Below, in pieces: positions 25,701-35,942 of a DNA stretch of 40,538 nt (position 1 is its first letter; the number at the start of each line of letters is the position of its first letter). The notes below the pieces were generated by a model. The model had not been told where the DNA came from. It made no database searches and saw nothing but the letters and a program-made list of their open reading frames with translations. Origin of the DNA: Nemertoderma westbladi (taxonomy: Eukaryota; Animalia; Xenacoelomorpha); NCBI GenBank assembly GCA_032718475.1, contig JAUCBJ010005324.1:1-40538 (forward strand), in the 5' to 3' direction. The position numbers and the translations under genes are program-made.

Positions 25701-27812
25701 GAAGATCACCCATGGTGGTGAACAGGCATTCCTTTAGGAAACAGCGTGGTAGGGTTTACTGTGGAAGATCACCCATGGTGGTGAACAGGCATTCCTTTAG
25801 GAAACAGAGTGGAAGGGTTTAATGTGGAAGATCACCCATGGTGGTGAACAGGCATTCCTTTAGGAAACAGCGTGGTAGGGTTTACTGTGGAAGATCACCC
25901 GTGGTGGTGAACAGGTATTCCTTTAGGAAACAGCGTGGTAGGGTTTACTGTGGAAGATCACCCATGGTGGTGAACAGGCATTCCTTTAGGAAACAGCGTG
26001 GTAGGGTTTACTGTGGAAGATCACCCATGGTGGTGAACAGGCATTCCTTTAGGAAACAGCGTGGTAGGGTTTACTGTGGAAGATCACCCATGGTGGTGAA
26101 CAGGCATTCCTTTAGGAAACAGCGTGGTAGGGTTTACTGTGGAAGATCACCCGTGGTGGTGAACAGGTATTCCTTTAGGAAACAGCGTGGTAGGGTTTAC
26201 TGTGGAAGATCACCCATGGTGGTGAACAGGCATTCCTTTAGGAAACAGCGTGGTAGGGTTTACTGTGGAAGATCACCCATGGTGGTGAACAGGCATTCCT
26301 TTAGGAAACAGCGTGGTAGGGTTTACTGTGGAAGATCACCCATGGTGGTGAACAGGCATTCCTTTGGGAAACCGAGTGGAAGGGTTTACTGTGGAAGATC
26401 ACCCATGGTGGTGAACAGGCATTCCTTTAGGAAACAGCGTGGTAGGGTTTACTGTGGAAGATCACCCATGGTGGTGAACAGGCATTCCTTTGGGAAACAG
26501 AGTGGAAGGGTTTACTGTGGAAGATCACCCATGGTGGTGAACAGGCATTCCTTTAGGAAACAGCGTGGTAGGGTTTACTGTGGAAGATCACCCATGGTGG
26601 TGAACAGGCATTCCTTTAGGAAACAGAGTGGAATGGTTTACTGTGGAAGATCACCCATGGTGGTGAACAGGCATTCCTTTAGGAAACAGCGTGGTAGGGT
26701 TTACTGTGGAAGATCACCCATGGTGGTGAACAGGCATTCCTTTAGGAAACAGAGTGGAAGGGTTTACTGTGGAAGATCACCCATAGTGGTGAACAGGTAT
26801 TCCTTTAGGAAACAGAGTGGAAGGGTTTACTGTGGAAGATCACCCATGGTGGTGAACAGGCATTCCTTTAGGAAACAGAGTGGAAGGGTTTACTGTGGAA
26901 GATCACCCATAGTGGTGAACAGGTATTCCTTTAGGAAACAGAGTGGAAGGGTTTACTGTGGAAGATCACCCATGGTGGTGAACAGGCATTCCTTTAGGAA
27001 ACAGAGTGGAAGGGTTTACTGTGGAAGATCACCCATGGTGGTGAACAGGCATTCCTTTAGGAAACAGAGTGGAAGGGTTTACTGTGGAAGATCACCCATG
27101 GTGGTAAACAGGGATTCTTTAGGAAACAGAGTTGAAGGATTTACTGTGGAAGATTACCCATGGAGGTGAACAGGCATTGCTTTGTGAAACAGAGTGGAAG
27201 GATTTACTGTGGAAGATTACCCATGGAGGTGAACAGGCATTCTTTAGGAAACAGAGTTGAAGGATTTACTGTGGAAGATTACCCATGGAGGTGAACAGGC
27301 ATTGCTTTGTGAAACAGAGTGGAAGGATTTACTGTGGAAGATTACCCATGGAGGTGAACAGGCATTGCTTTGTGAAACAGAGTGGAAGGGTTTACTGTGG
27401 AAGATCACCCATGGTGGTGAACAGGCATTCTTTAGGAAACAGAGTTGAAGGATTTACTGTGGAAGATTACCCATGGAGGTGAACAGGCATTGCTTTGTGA
27501 AACAGAGTGGAAGGATTTACTGTGGAAGATTACCCATGGAGGTGAACAGGCATTGCTTTGTGAAACAGAGTGGAAGGGTTTACGGTGGAAGATCACCCAT
27601 AGTGGTGAACAGGCATTCCTTTAGGATAAAGAGTGGAAGAAGTGTTTATTGTGGAAGATCACTCATGGTTGTGAACAGGCATTCATTTAGGAAACAGAGT
27701 GGAAGGGTTTTTACTATAACAGACATTCCTTTAGGAAAAAGGGTGGAAGGGTTTAGTATGGAAGATCACCCATGGTGGTGAACAGGCATTCATTTAGGAA
27801 ACAGAGTGGAAG
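4731..27812. repeat. 63-bp tandem satellite array, ~366 units, consensus GGAAACAGAGTGGAAGGGTTTACTGTGGAAGATCACCCATGGTGGTGAACAGGCATTCCTTTA
   Basis: Head-to-tail repeats are directly visible, with no spacers. Most units differ from consensus at only a few positions. Variants cluster in domains and recur at exact multiples of 63 bp. Confidence 0.99.
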
Positions 27813-29253
27813 TACCTGAGTGTTTAAAGCTCATCTATCCCATCATAGTAGACATGTACCGTACAACAAGAGTCCCACAAGAAATGAAAACAAATAAGTT
27901 GGTGCCAGTTCCCAAGAAGGGCAACCTAACACTCTATGGTTCTTTTCGGGGAATCTCATTGATCTCGATTGCTGCAAAGCTATACAATAGAATTCTATTA
28001 AATCGCATCAGGGATCCCATAGAGAGACTGCTCCGTGGAAATCAGAATGGGTTCCGTAAAGGTCGTGGGACCATGGAGCCCATTTTGGCACTTAGAAGGA
28101 TAATTGAAGAGTTATCAAAAAAGAAAGACAGGCGTCTGGCTGTTATCTTTGTTGACTTCTTCAAGGCCTTTGATTCAGTCTCTCGCTCACGTATGTTCAG
28201 CATACTTTCATTATATGGGATTCCTGATGAAATTTTTGCAGCAATCAGATCAGTATACGATGGTTCGACAACATTTGTGTCTACTGTTGACGGTGACACA
28301 GAACCATTTGAAGTGTTATGGGGCGTCCTCCAGGGAGACACACTTGCACCATTCTTATTCATAATTGTTGTTGACTATGTTCTATGCATGTCCTTAGATC
28401 ATCATAATGATGATGGGGTGATGATAACTCCACCTACTGGCTCCAGAAGTCGAGGAAATCCTGCCAAGTACCTAACTGATCTAGACTTTGCTGATGACTT
28501 AGGAGTACTCTCAGAATCACTAGAGGGAGCCCAACGGCTCCTCAGCTCATTAGAACATGCTGCTTCTAGTATTGGTCTTTTTATTAACTCCAGAAAGACC
28601 AAAATTTTTACAGTTAACTTTGAAAGTCCTCAGCAAGTCTCTGATCGGATGAGCATAAGCTCAATAGATGGTATGCTTGAGCATGTTACCTGGGATCATG
28701 GATCCGGAAGTCAGGTGAGGACCTTCGAATACGTAAGGGAAAGGCATGGGCAGCCTTGAATAGGCTTTCCAGGATTTGGAAGTCACCGAGAATTAATCGG
28801 AAACTTAAGGTCCGGTTATTTAGAGCAGCAGTAGTTCCAGTACTCCTCTATGGAAGTCCATGCTGGGCTCTAACTGCTGAGGACACCAAATCTCTGGACG
28901 GCACATTCACAAGAATGCTACGCCGGGTTCATTGTGTCAAGTTCAATGCACACATCTCCAACCAGACACTATATAACATTGGAGGTGTCTCATTGGTTCC
29001 CCCAAGATTGACACTAGAACAAAATCGCCTCCGCTTTGCAGGACATTGCTTTCGCCGTGAGGACCAGCCAGTGCATAATCTTGTACTTTGGCAGTCTCAT
29101 GGAGTGAATAAGCATGGTGGACAGCCCATGACTTTCTTGAGACGCATCTTAAAGGACACTGGCCTTGAAGATGCGGATGATCTAGCAAATGTCATGGGTG
29201 ATAGGGAGTTGTGACGGTGCAATTTTGTCGATAAGCCGGCACAGCATTCTTAA
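27813..29253 (+). pseudogene. Disrupted reverse transcriptase ORF of the LINE (endonuclease lost by 5' truncation)
   Basis: The frame of track ORF 27806 runs to LEHV, then shifts at ~28687 into the frame of ORF 28756 (TAC CTG GGA TCA TGG = YLGSW). TGA at 29212-29214 sits at the expected Trp of DRxxWR, and the next stop is TAA at 29251-29253. Confidence 0.88.
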
Positions 29254-29295
29254 AAATGCAGCTGCAATGCAGCATGCCGATTCTAGTAGTAGTAG
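27813..29295 (+). mobile_element. 5'-truncated non-LTR retrotransposon (LINE, RTE-clade-like)
   Basis: RT motifs: VPKKG, FRGISLIS..AKLYNRILLNRI, QNGFRKGR, FVDFFKAFDSV, GVLQGDTLAPFLF, DLDFADDL and YLGSWI. The C-terminus is RTE-like (VLLYGS..W, RLRFAGHCFR, LVLWQ, DREL[W]R). It has a short 3' UTR, a (TAG)5 tail at 29284-29298, and an 18-bp duplication TAGGAAACAGAGTGGAAG at 27795-27812 and 29296-29313. Confidence 0.95.
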
Positions 29296-29588
29296 TAGGA
29301 AACAGAGTGGAAGGGTTTTTACTATAACAGACATTCCTTTAGGAAAAAGGGTGGAAGGGTTTAGTATGGAAGATCACCCATGGTGGTGAACAGGCATTCC
29401 TTTAGGAAACAGAGTAGAAGGGTTTATTGTGGAAGATCACCCATGGTGGTGAACAGGTATTCATTTAGGAAACAAAGTTGTAGAGTTTACTGTGGAAGAT
29501 CACCCATGGTGGTGAACAGGCATTACTTTAGGAAACAGAATGGAAGGGTTTACTGTGGAAGATCATCCATTGTGGTGAACAGGCATTT
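29296..29588. repeat. Right-hand remnant of the 63-bp satellite (~5 diverged units)
   Basis: The same unit continues after the LINE tail, with many private substitutions. It ends at ...GTGAACAGGCATTT. Confidence 0.97.
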
Positions 29589-29918
29589 CTTGGCTTAATG
29601 CGCCTAAAAAGATACATCAATTCATTTTACGATTTTTTAAATATAGGTCGATTTGATAAATTGATTTTGATTAAAATGATTGATAGGGAAGCCGAAGGAT
29701 AGTTAAACAGAACAATAACACTCTAGAATGCGTAGCTGTAGCGACCTATATATACATAGCTATCTATATATTATAGTATATATCAGGCAGCGGGCGGAAT
29801 ACCGGTGGAACGCCCAAATTTTGCACACCGACAACCGACATAGGCCATGTATGTAATCTGATCATATCATACCATCCCTTTATTATTTATAATTTGGCTA
29901 TCTGAACTATTATTTTTA

Positions 29919-30151
29919 GGGGGGTGGGAACTGGACGCCATTCAAATATTGGCGAATTAATATCCCTCCTCATTGTTAAATTCTTAATTTAGGGAAAGGA
30001 GCAGGTTACAGTGGCACGTTAATTTAACCAAAACAATAAACAAATCACAACAGAACAGGTTACAGTTTTATTTTTGAGAGAAATCAACTGTTATTTGCGT
30101 CGAATTTCCCCTGGAGAGGGATGAATTTTAATTGCGTCCAATTTCCCTCCC
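29919..30151 (+). mobile_element. ~230-bp MITE-like element with ~25-bp imperfect TIRs, flanked by TA
   Basis: The left end GGGTGGGAACTGGACGCCATTCAAA matches the reverse complement of the right end, GGGAGGGAAATTGGACGCAATTAAAA. TA lies at 29917-29918 and 30152-30153. A second copy is at ~3941-4190. Confidence 0.65.
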
Positions 30152-30810
30152 TATCTGATTATTTTATACAGTAGGCCTATGATATATTAAAACTTCCCTT
30201 ATAACCCTGTTGCAGAGATTTCCAGGAAAACATCTGTGCAGTAAAGATAAATTAATATATAATAAATATAGTTATAAAAATATAAATGTTTATTAACCGC
30301 TAAGTTATCAATCCAATGACGTGAAAAACGCACAAGCTTTCTTTGTGTGCGAAGTCAAGACAAAGCAAGTTCCAAGGAAATGAGACAGATGTTGGGAACA
30401 TATGGTACAGCACAACGCGCAACCATTGTGTGATTATTATATGGGACCGCTGCGGTATAGCCTAGTTGCGTAGGCTATGGATGTCCTAGTTTACGAGACC
30501 TGTATAGCTATCTGTGCAACAAGGAATGACACATATAGCCTTGTCGGTAGTAACTGGGAAGTTATTACGCTAAGATATCAGCCTACCATTGCATTACTCA
30601 CAAACGCATTTCCATATTGCAATTATGAATACAATAGTTTAAACCCTATTTGTCGTTATAATTTTACAGTAAACCGGCACGATTAAAAGGCATATTAGCT
30701 GTGCCGATATAGTTAAAATGTTATATGTTATGTTACATGTTATATGAATGAATATTTTTACACATTGCAGTGGTAATTAATTGTCAATTTATAATTATAA
30801 AACTGTAGCT

Positions 30811-30958
30811 ATGGACACTTCGATGGTCTTTAAAGCATCTCTTTGCGTTTCACTTCGTGACATCATCGACTACAGACGCGCGGCCCTCACAGAAGAAGAA
30901 TTGTGGTCTCTTTTGTATGCCAGTGCTACCAACATCGAGAGAATATGTCATTCTATAG
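30811..30958 (+). CDS. KIND/PDZ protein, first coding exon (N-terminal part of KIND domain)
   Basis: ATG at 30811 with an upstream in-frame stop. VSLRDIIDYRRAALTEEELWSLLYASA resembles the KIND start of PTPN13/FRMPD2/Spire (VSL..L..RG.PL.EEE.WA.L.QS). Donor G|GTAAGT, phase 1. Confidence 0.85.
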
Positions 30959-31704
30959 GTAAGTTGGTAAAACACTCGAAGCCTAAGGTCGTTGGCAGAG
31001 ACAGAATACTTCATCCCTCAACCTTCAACCATCAAGTGGTCAAGTATAACACATAAACACTACCATTTATTTGTGGGGAGATGTCACACAGAATATTTCA
31101 ATCTTCAACTTTCAAGCGATGGCATTACAATATACTATTAATTGTGCTTATATTATACTTTGGTACTTCTAAGTACCAAAGTGTACCTCGTATACTACTA
31201 TACACCTTACCAATAGGTTGCATGGTGTAGGTGCAGTTCATTTAGGTGCATTGCATGCGATCCACTTATATACTGTTATCAACTGAATTTTAGATAGTAA
31301 ATAATAATTTGACCTTTCACTAACGTTAGCAAGATAGCACGTTATTGTGTTAGGAGATGGATAAATTATCAGATTATAACTTAATGATGTTTCTCAAATA
31401 TATAAAGAAATAAAATTTTCACAAAATTATTTTTTAAAATATGTTTACCTCAAAATTTTTACAGTCTGTGTGACGGAGATGAAACTGCATCATAAGTTTT
31501 TAGGCGAAAAAAGTCCTTTGTCTACCTACAGTTTTTAAACAAATAAAACGCATATATAGCAACTTAATTATAATTTAAACAATATGCAAAAGAAGCTGGT
31601 ACGGAAACACAGCAATGTTGTGCGTTGCACCGGTTTACACTTGTTGAAATAATGTATTCATTCTACTTTATTTAAAATATATATTAGTACATTTTTTTCC
31701 ATAG

Positions 31705-31892
31705 ATTCTTCGGCCATGGGAACATCATGTGAGAACCTAGTTGTAACCCCTGACACTCTATTCGTATCCATATTTGCAACTACAACCTGCTCCCCTTATT
31801 CCTGTTTATCGTCTGAGAAGATGCTTTACACTTCCCCAGAAGTTAATGTAAATGCTTTGAATGATTCAGACAGGTGTTTTATTCAAATTAAG
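31705..31892 (+). CDS. KIND/PDZ protein, exon 2 (KIND domain middle)
   Basis: Acceptor TTTTTTTCCATAG|, phase 1, matching exon 1. Encodes LVVTPDTLFV and YTSPEV (kinase C-lobe APE-like motif). Donor AAG|GTTAGT, phase 0. Confidence 0.82.
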
Positions 31893-33964
31893 GTTAGTTC
31901 GATTACAAGTTTTCTCTATTTATTGTATAATTAGTAACATAATTTAATTCAAGTTGAATAAATAGTAATAATAAGTAGAATCGTGTAGAATATAGTTGTA
32001 GGAATACAACGCAGAACTGCCGCAGCCGCAGGGGATGCAAATGTAATAAATGATATTGTACAGCAGCTATTTATTGATTCCATAGATTATATTACATCGC
32101 ATTGATTATATTACATTATCCGTTTCATAATCTAGAACTTATATGATTGCAGTTATCGTTAGTCTATTCGTGTCACATCATCATTTGTTTTCTTAATTCG
32201 CAATTCAGAGAATCGATACACACTTTATTATTCTTATATTATTTTTGGTAAAATGTAGAAAATTATTACGATGTTCCTAAGGCAGATCCTAATACCATCA
32301 TGACCGACAGAAAACTTTTTGGAGCTCAGTGACTGTTTTGTCCCCGATACACAAAATTCGACTGAAGATAATGTGATGGTTGCAGGTAGATGTAATGCAG
32401 GTAGATTTTGCAGATGAAAATGAAAGCATGAATTCTACTAAAGCCTAGAATATAATTAAACAGTTATTTATCTGGACGAAAGAACAATTTTAAAGTTAAC
32501 TGCTAAAGTTTAACAATTCACCTTCTGAAAAGAGATATAAAGCCCATTTCGAGAAACTGTAAGGGTGCAATTTTATGCTTAATTACATTCAAACCAATGC
32601 AGAATATTGAAAGAATTCCCCTTCAAGTCTTCAAGATAGAGGCTATATCATCACATGAAAGTCTGAAAATCTGCAAGAGATGTGATCAATTCCGCTCGTT
32701 CCGTTCCCTACAACTTTGACGGATCTTGTTGAGACCCTTGTTTGGGAATCAGAATGGTTTAAGTAAAAGTAGAGGGACCTTGGAAACAATTCTGACTCTC
32801 AGAATGATCAATAAACTAATAAAGAGTTATATTTAAAGAAAGACAAGTAATTGGCAGCCAAGGTATTCCCCTCTGTATCACGGTGCTTCAGGTATATTGG
32901 TTTGCTTTCGAAATTATTGTTACTACCAAATCAATATTTAGATGAATTTATGACAATTTTTTCCACTTAAAATGCCAACACTGACTCATTTACAGTCCCA
33001 AGGGGTCTCATTCATGGGGGGAACATTAGCGCATTATGCCCATTAAGACTTTCTAATGTCGTTGATTCGGCTGCTAATGACATTTGTGTTCTTTCGTTTG
33101 CAGGTACTTCAGGAATAAACGATTTTTAGTTAGTTTGGAGGCAGGAGGCATTAATATGCATCCAATTTTATTTTTGTTTTTAATAGTAAGAAGAGCAAAC
33201 TTTTAACAGTATACATTGATTCAGATCAATCAGCAATTATTCAATAGAAGTAACAGTACTTCCCCGGATGGATCTGCAGTTGCAGGTCATTTTGATATTT
33301 TCTGCTATCTGTGGTCACAGATACAGTGTTCCGTTGAAAGTAAAGCATTGTCTTTCATCCATCAACTAGTTTTTCAGGATACATAAATCAGCCCAGTTGA
33401 CTATTTCCTCAATGGTGTGACTTTTGTGTGCTGTAGCAGAGCCTTTTTGTTGATCTTTGGCAGTGCTTAATGGGCTCTTACTGCTGACATTACCGGATGC
33501 CGGATGGTACTTATTCCAAGTATTTTTATACTTTATTTATTATACAGACACAAGGTGCATAAAATGTTGTATATGCCACATAGGTACAATTATGTTAACA
33601 CCTAATTGCCAAATTCAAGCTCTACCATGCTCTTTCGAGGAGGGTCGTATTGTTTACAAACTTGTGCTACGGAAACAAAGCTCTTGGAGTGAACAAACAT
33701 GGAGTCCAGTCAATAACTCACTCTCACATGGTGTTCAATGTGAATGGACTTGAGAATATATCAGCGTGTATCGTCTCTGCCGGCATTGTACCATAGGGCA
33801 TGTAGGACATGTGAATATCTGGTCGTTGTATTGTTTGCGATGTATGATACAATATTTTATAATAATAATTATTCGTAGACACCACAAGAGGTAGTTAGAC
33901 TATTTGACTCTTTATTTCCTTGTTTTATTGTTATTTATTTTAATGTAAAAACATATTCCTTTAG

Positions 33965-34210
33965 AAAATTGTATACTCCCTTGGGAAAACCCTGTGTTGG
34001 GCAGCCGATGATTTGAGAAGGCAGGGCAGCCGCCATAGCAACACGTTGCAGTTCGCTTTCTCCATGATGTGCCACAATGACCTCCAAAAAAGACCAACAA
34101 CCATGGAGCTCATAAAGATGTCAAACAAATACATTGGAATGTATCGGATTAATTACTGCCGAACTTTGAGGGAGATGGTGAAGGAGGTATTGGCAGGAGG
34201 GATAATCAAG
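33965..34210 (+). CDS. KIND/PDZ protein, exon 3 (KIND domain C-terminal part)
   Basis: Acceptor TTCCTTTAG|, phase 0. KIVYSLGKTLCWAAD...LQFAFSMMCHNDLQKRPT matches the KIND pattern IYSLG.TL.W.AD...L..MC......R. Length 246 nt. Donor AAG|GTAATT, phase 0. Confidence 0.87.
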
Positions 34211-34286
34211 GTAATTTAAATCATTATCATTCATTGCTTTATTGGATAGTCAATGTAATCTATTGTTGTGGTGATAAAGCATATTA

Positions 34287-35176
34287 GGGGGGGGGGGGGG
34301 GGAGGTATACCTTCCCTCAGGTGAAATTTTTAAATTGTTGTTTCTTTATTTCACCTAGAGCAGAATTTAATGGGGATTACAAATCTGAAAACCGCTTAGT
34401 GAGACCTCTTTCAGTTCTCGAGTTATCACTGTTTTTCCGTATGACGGTCTGTCCGTCAAATTGTAAGAAAGACAGAAGACCGACAGACAGACAGATAGAC
34501 TAGATTCCACCAAAAATTAAAACTGACATCGGAAATGAAATCAGCGACCCCGAAAACCCCAGTAATGAACACTTTAGCTCGTTGGTGTGCATCCTTCGTG
34601 CCAGAAATAATTAACCAACCAGAACACAGACAGCCAATTTTGGCGGGACGGTTTAAACTTTGATGGCATTTCTCGGATGACATTTTCATTTCAATTACTA
34701 CTCCTCCGTCATTTTTCAACCAATTTTCTTCGTTTATGGCTCATTCGAACGAGCTTTGGAAGCTCTTTAAAAGTTATCTTATGGAATTTTGATAAATATT
34801 ACCATTTTTTCTACAGTAATTACTGTAGTCAATTTCAATTAAGAATATGATAATTAATTAATTAAAATAAAAATGGCTAATTAAAAATTCTATAACTTCA
34901 TAACTTTTGTAGAGTCGATGACGCTGAGTCCAAAAATGTTGATTTCAAGAAATTTGGACCAAAATTGGGGGATTAGTAGCAATTTTAGTGAAATCTTTAA
35001 TTCCACCGCCAGCTGCTAGGGGGAGGCTATAAATTTTCAAATTTTACTGTAAAGGCTATTTTGGCCTTCCATACAGTGGTTTCACCATGACATAGCAATA
35101 TTATCATTTAACACTAATTGACAGCCATTTAAAAAAAAAGGTTTATGGGGGGTATACCCCCCCCCCCCCCCCCCCC
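34287..35176. mobile_element. 890-bp non-autonomous TIR element with TTA TSD (PIF/Harbinger-like) in intron 3
   Basis: TTA|G-run-AGGTATACC ... GGTATAC-C-run|TTA, with TTA at 34284-34286 and 35177-35179. G...C termini plus a 3-bp TWA duplication are typical of PIF/Harbinger. No transposase ORF. Confidence 0.65.
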
Positions 35177-35309
35177 TTAATTGACAGATGGAATAATCAA
35201 GATAATTTATTGGGGAATTGGGGCGCATCGGTGTAACTGAGTTGAGATCATGAGCCATTGGAACGCATTTGGTATGCGTTCCGCATATGATATTCTATAC
35301 ATAGATGTG

Positions 35310-35375
35310 GCTTCTACCACTTGTATTCACTATACCCTTACAGCTTCTACCACTTGTATTCACTATACCCTTACA
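35310..35375. repeat. Perfect 33-bp tandem duplication
   Basis: GCTTCTACCACTTGTATTCACTATACCCTTACA at 35310-35342 and 35343-35375. Confidence 0.95.
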
Positions 35376-35942
35376 TTAAACCATCACGCTATGGTTTAAC
35401 AAACTCTCATCAGTAAAGTACACCCTATACATATATAAGTAATATAAGTATTATATGCCTTCGCAATGATACAGGCTGTACTGATTCACTAATACTGTAC
35501 ATAATGGTATGGTAAATGCCATCCGCTGCCATCCTCATTTAATCAATACATTTCCACACAAAGGTTGTATTGCAAGAAATAATATGTATGTACATCTGTG
35601 TTTCACAAAAATTCATCATTACGAATGGTATAATGAAGATGTATATGCTATATGGGACATAAATCTATCTTATTTTCATGCAATACGTAATTTATTCCTA
35701 AAAATATACTATACTATTGACTGTAGAGAAAAAAATATATTTTGTAATCATTCAAATTGTGAGAAAATCCCGCAATGTGTTTACGATTTGAAAGCATTGC
35801 TATAACATGATTGATTTTTTATACTTTATACATTTTTACACTTCTTTTACAATTCGGTAATAAATGTAATTTTAGGAATAAAATATATATTTAAATATCA
35901 TATATTTTATTTACTGATCCGATTAATTATCTTTTCTAACAG

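Noticed and set aside
4721-27781. Long Arg-rich repeat ORFs (MVVNRHSFRKQSGRVYCGRSP)n as a giant repetitive or protamine-like protein
   Set aside because: A 63-bp unit keeps any stop-free frame open automatically. Amplified variants include stops (TGA, TAA) and many non-synonymous changes, and there is no unique N- or C-terminal domain or splice context.
28042-29188. Antisense and alternate-frame ORFs within the LINE
   Set aside because: Shadows of the RT coding sequence with no recognisable motifs.
4731-29295. RT plus tandem repeat as a DRT2/Neo-like, retron, DGR or telomerase-like system that synthesises the array
   Set aside because: The RT has ordinary LINE (RTE-like) motifs, is 5'-truncated and disrupted, has a tail and TSD, and interrupts the array. 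It contains no copy of the 63-mer as template and is not in frame with the long repeat ORF.
4731-29588. CRISPR array
   Set aside because: No unique spacers (units are contiguous), no cas genes, and a eukaryotic context.
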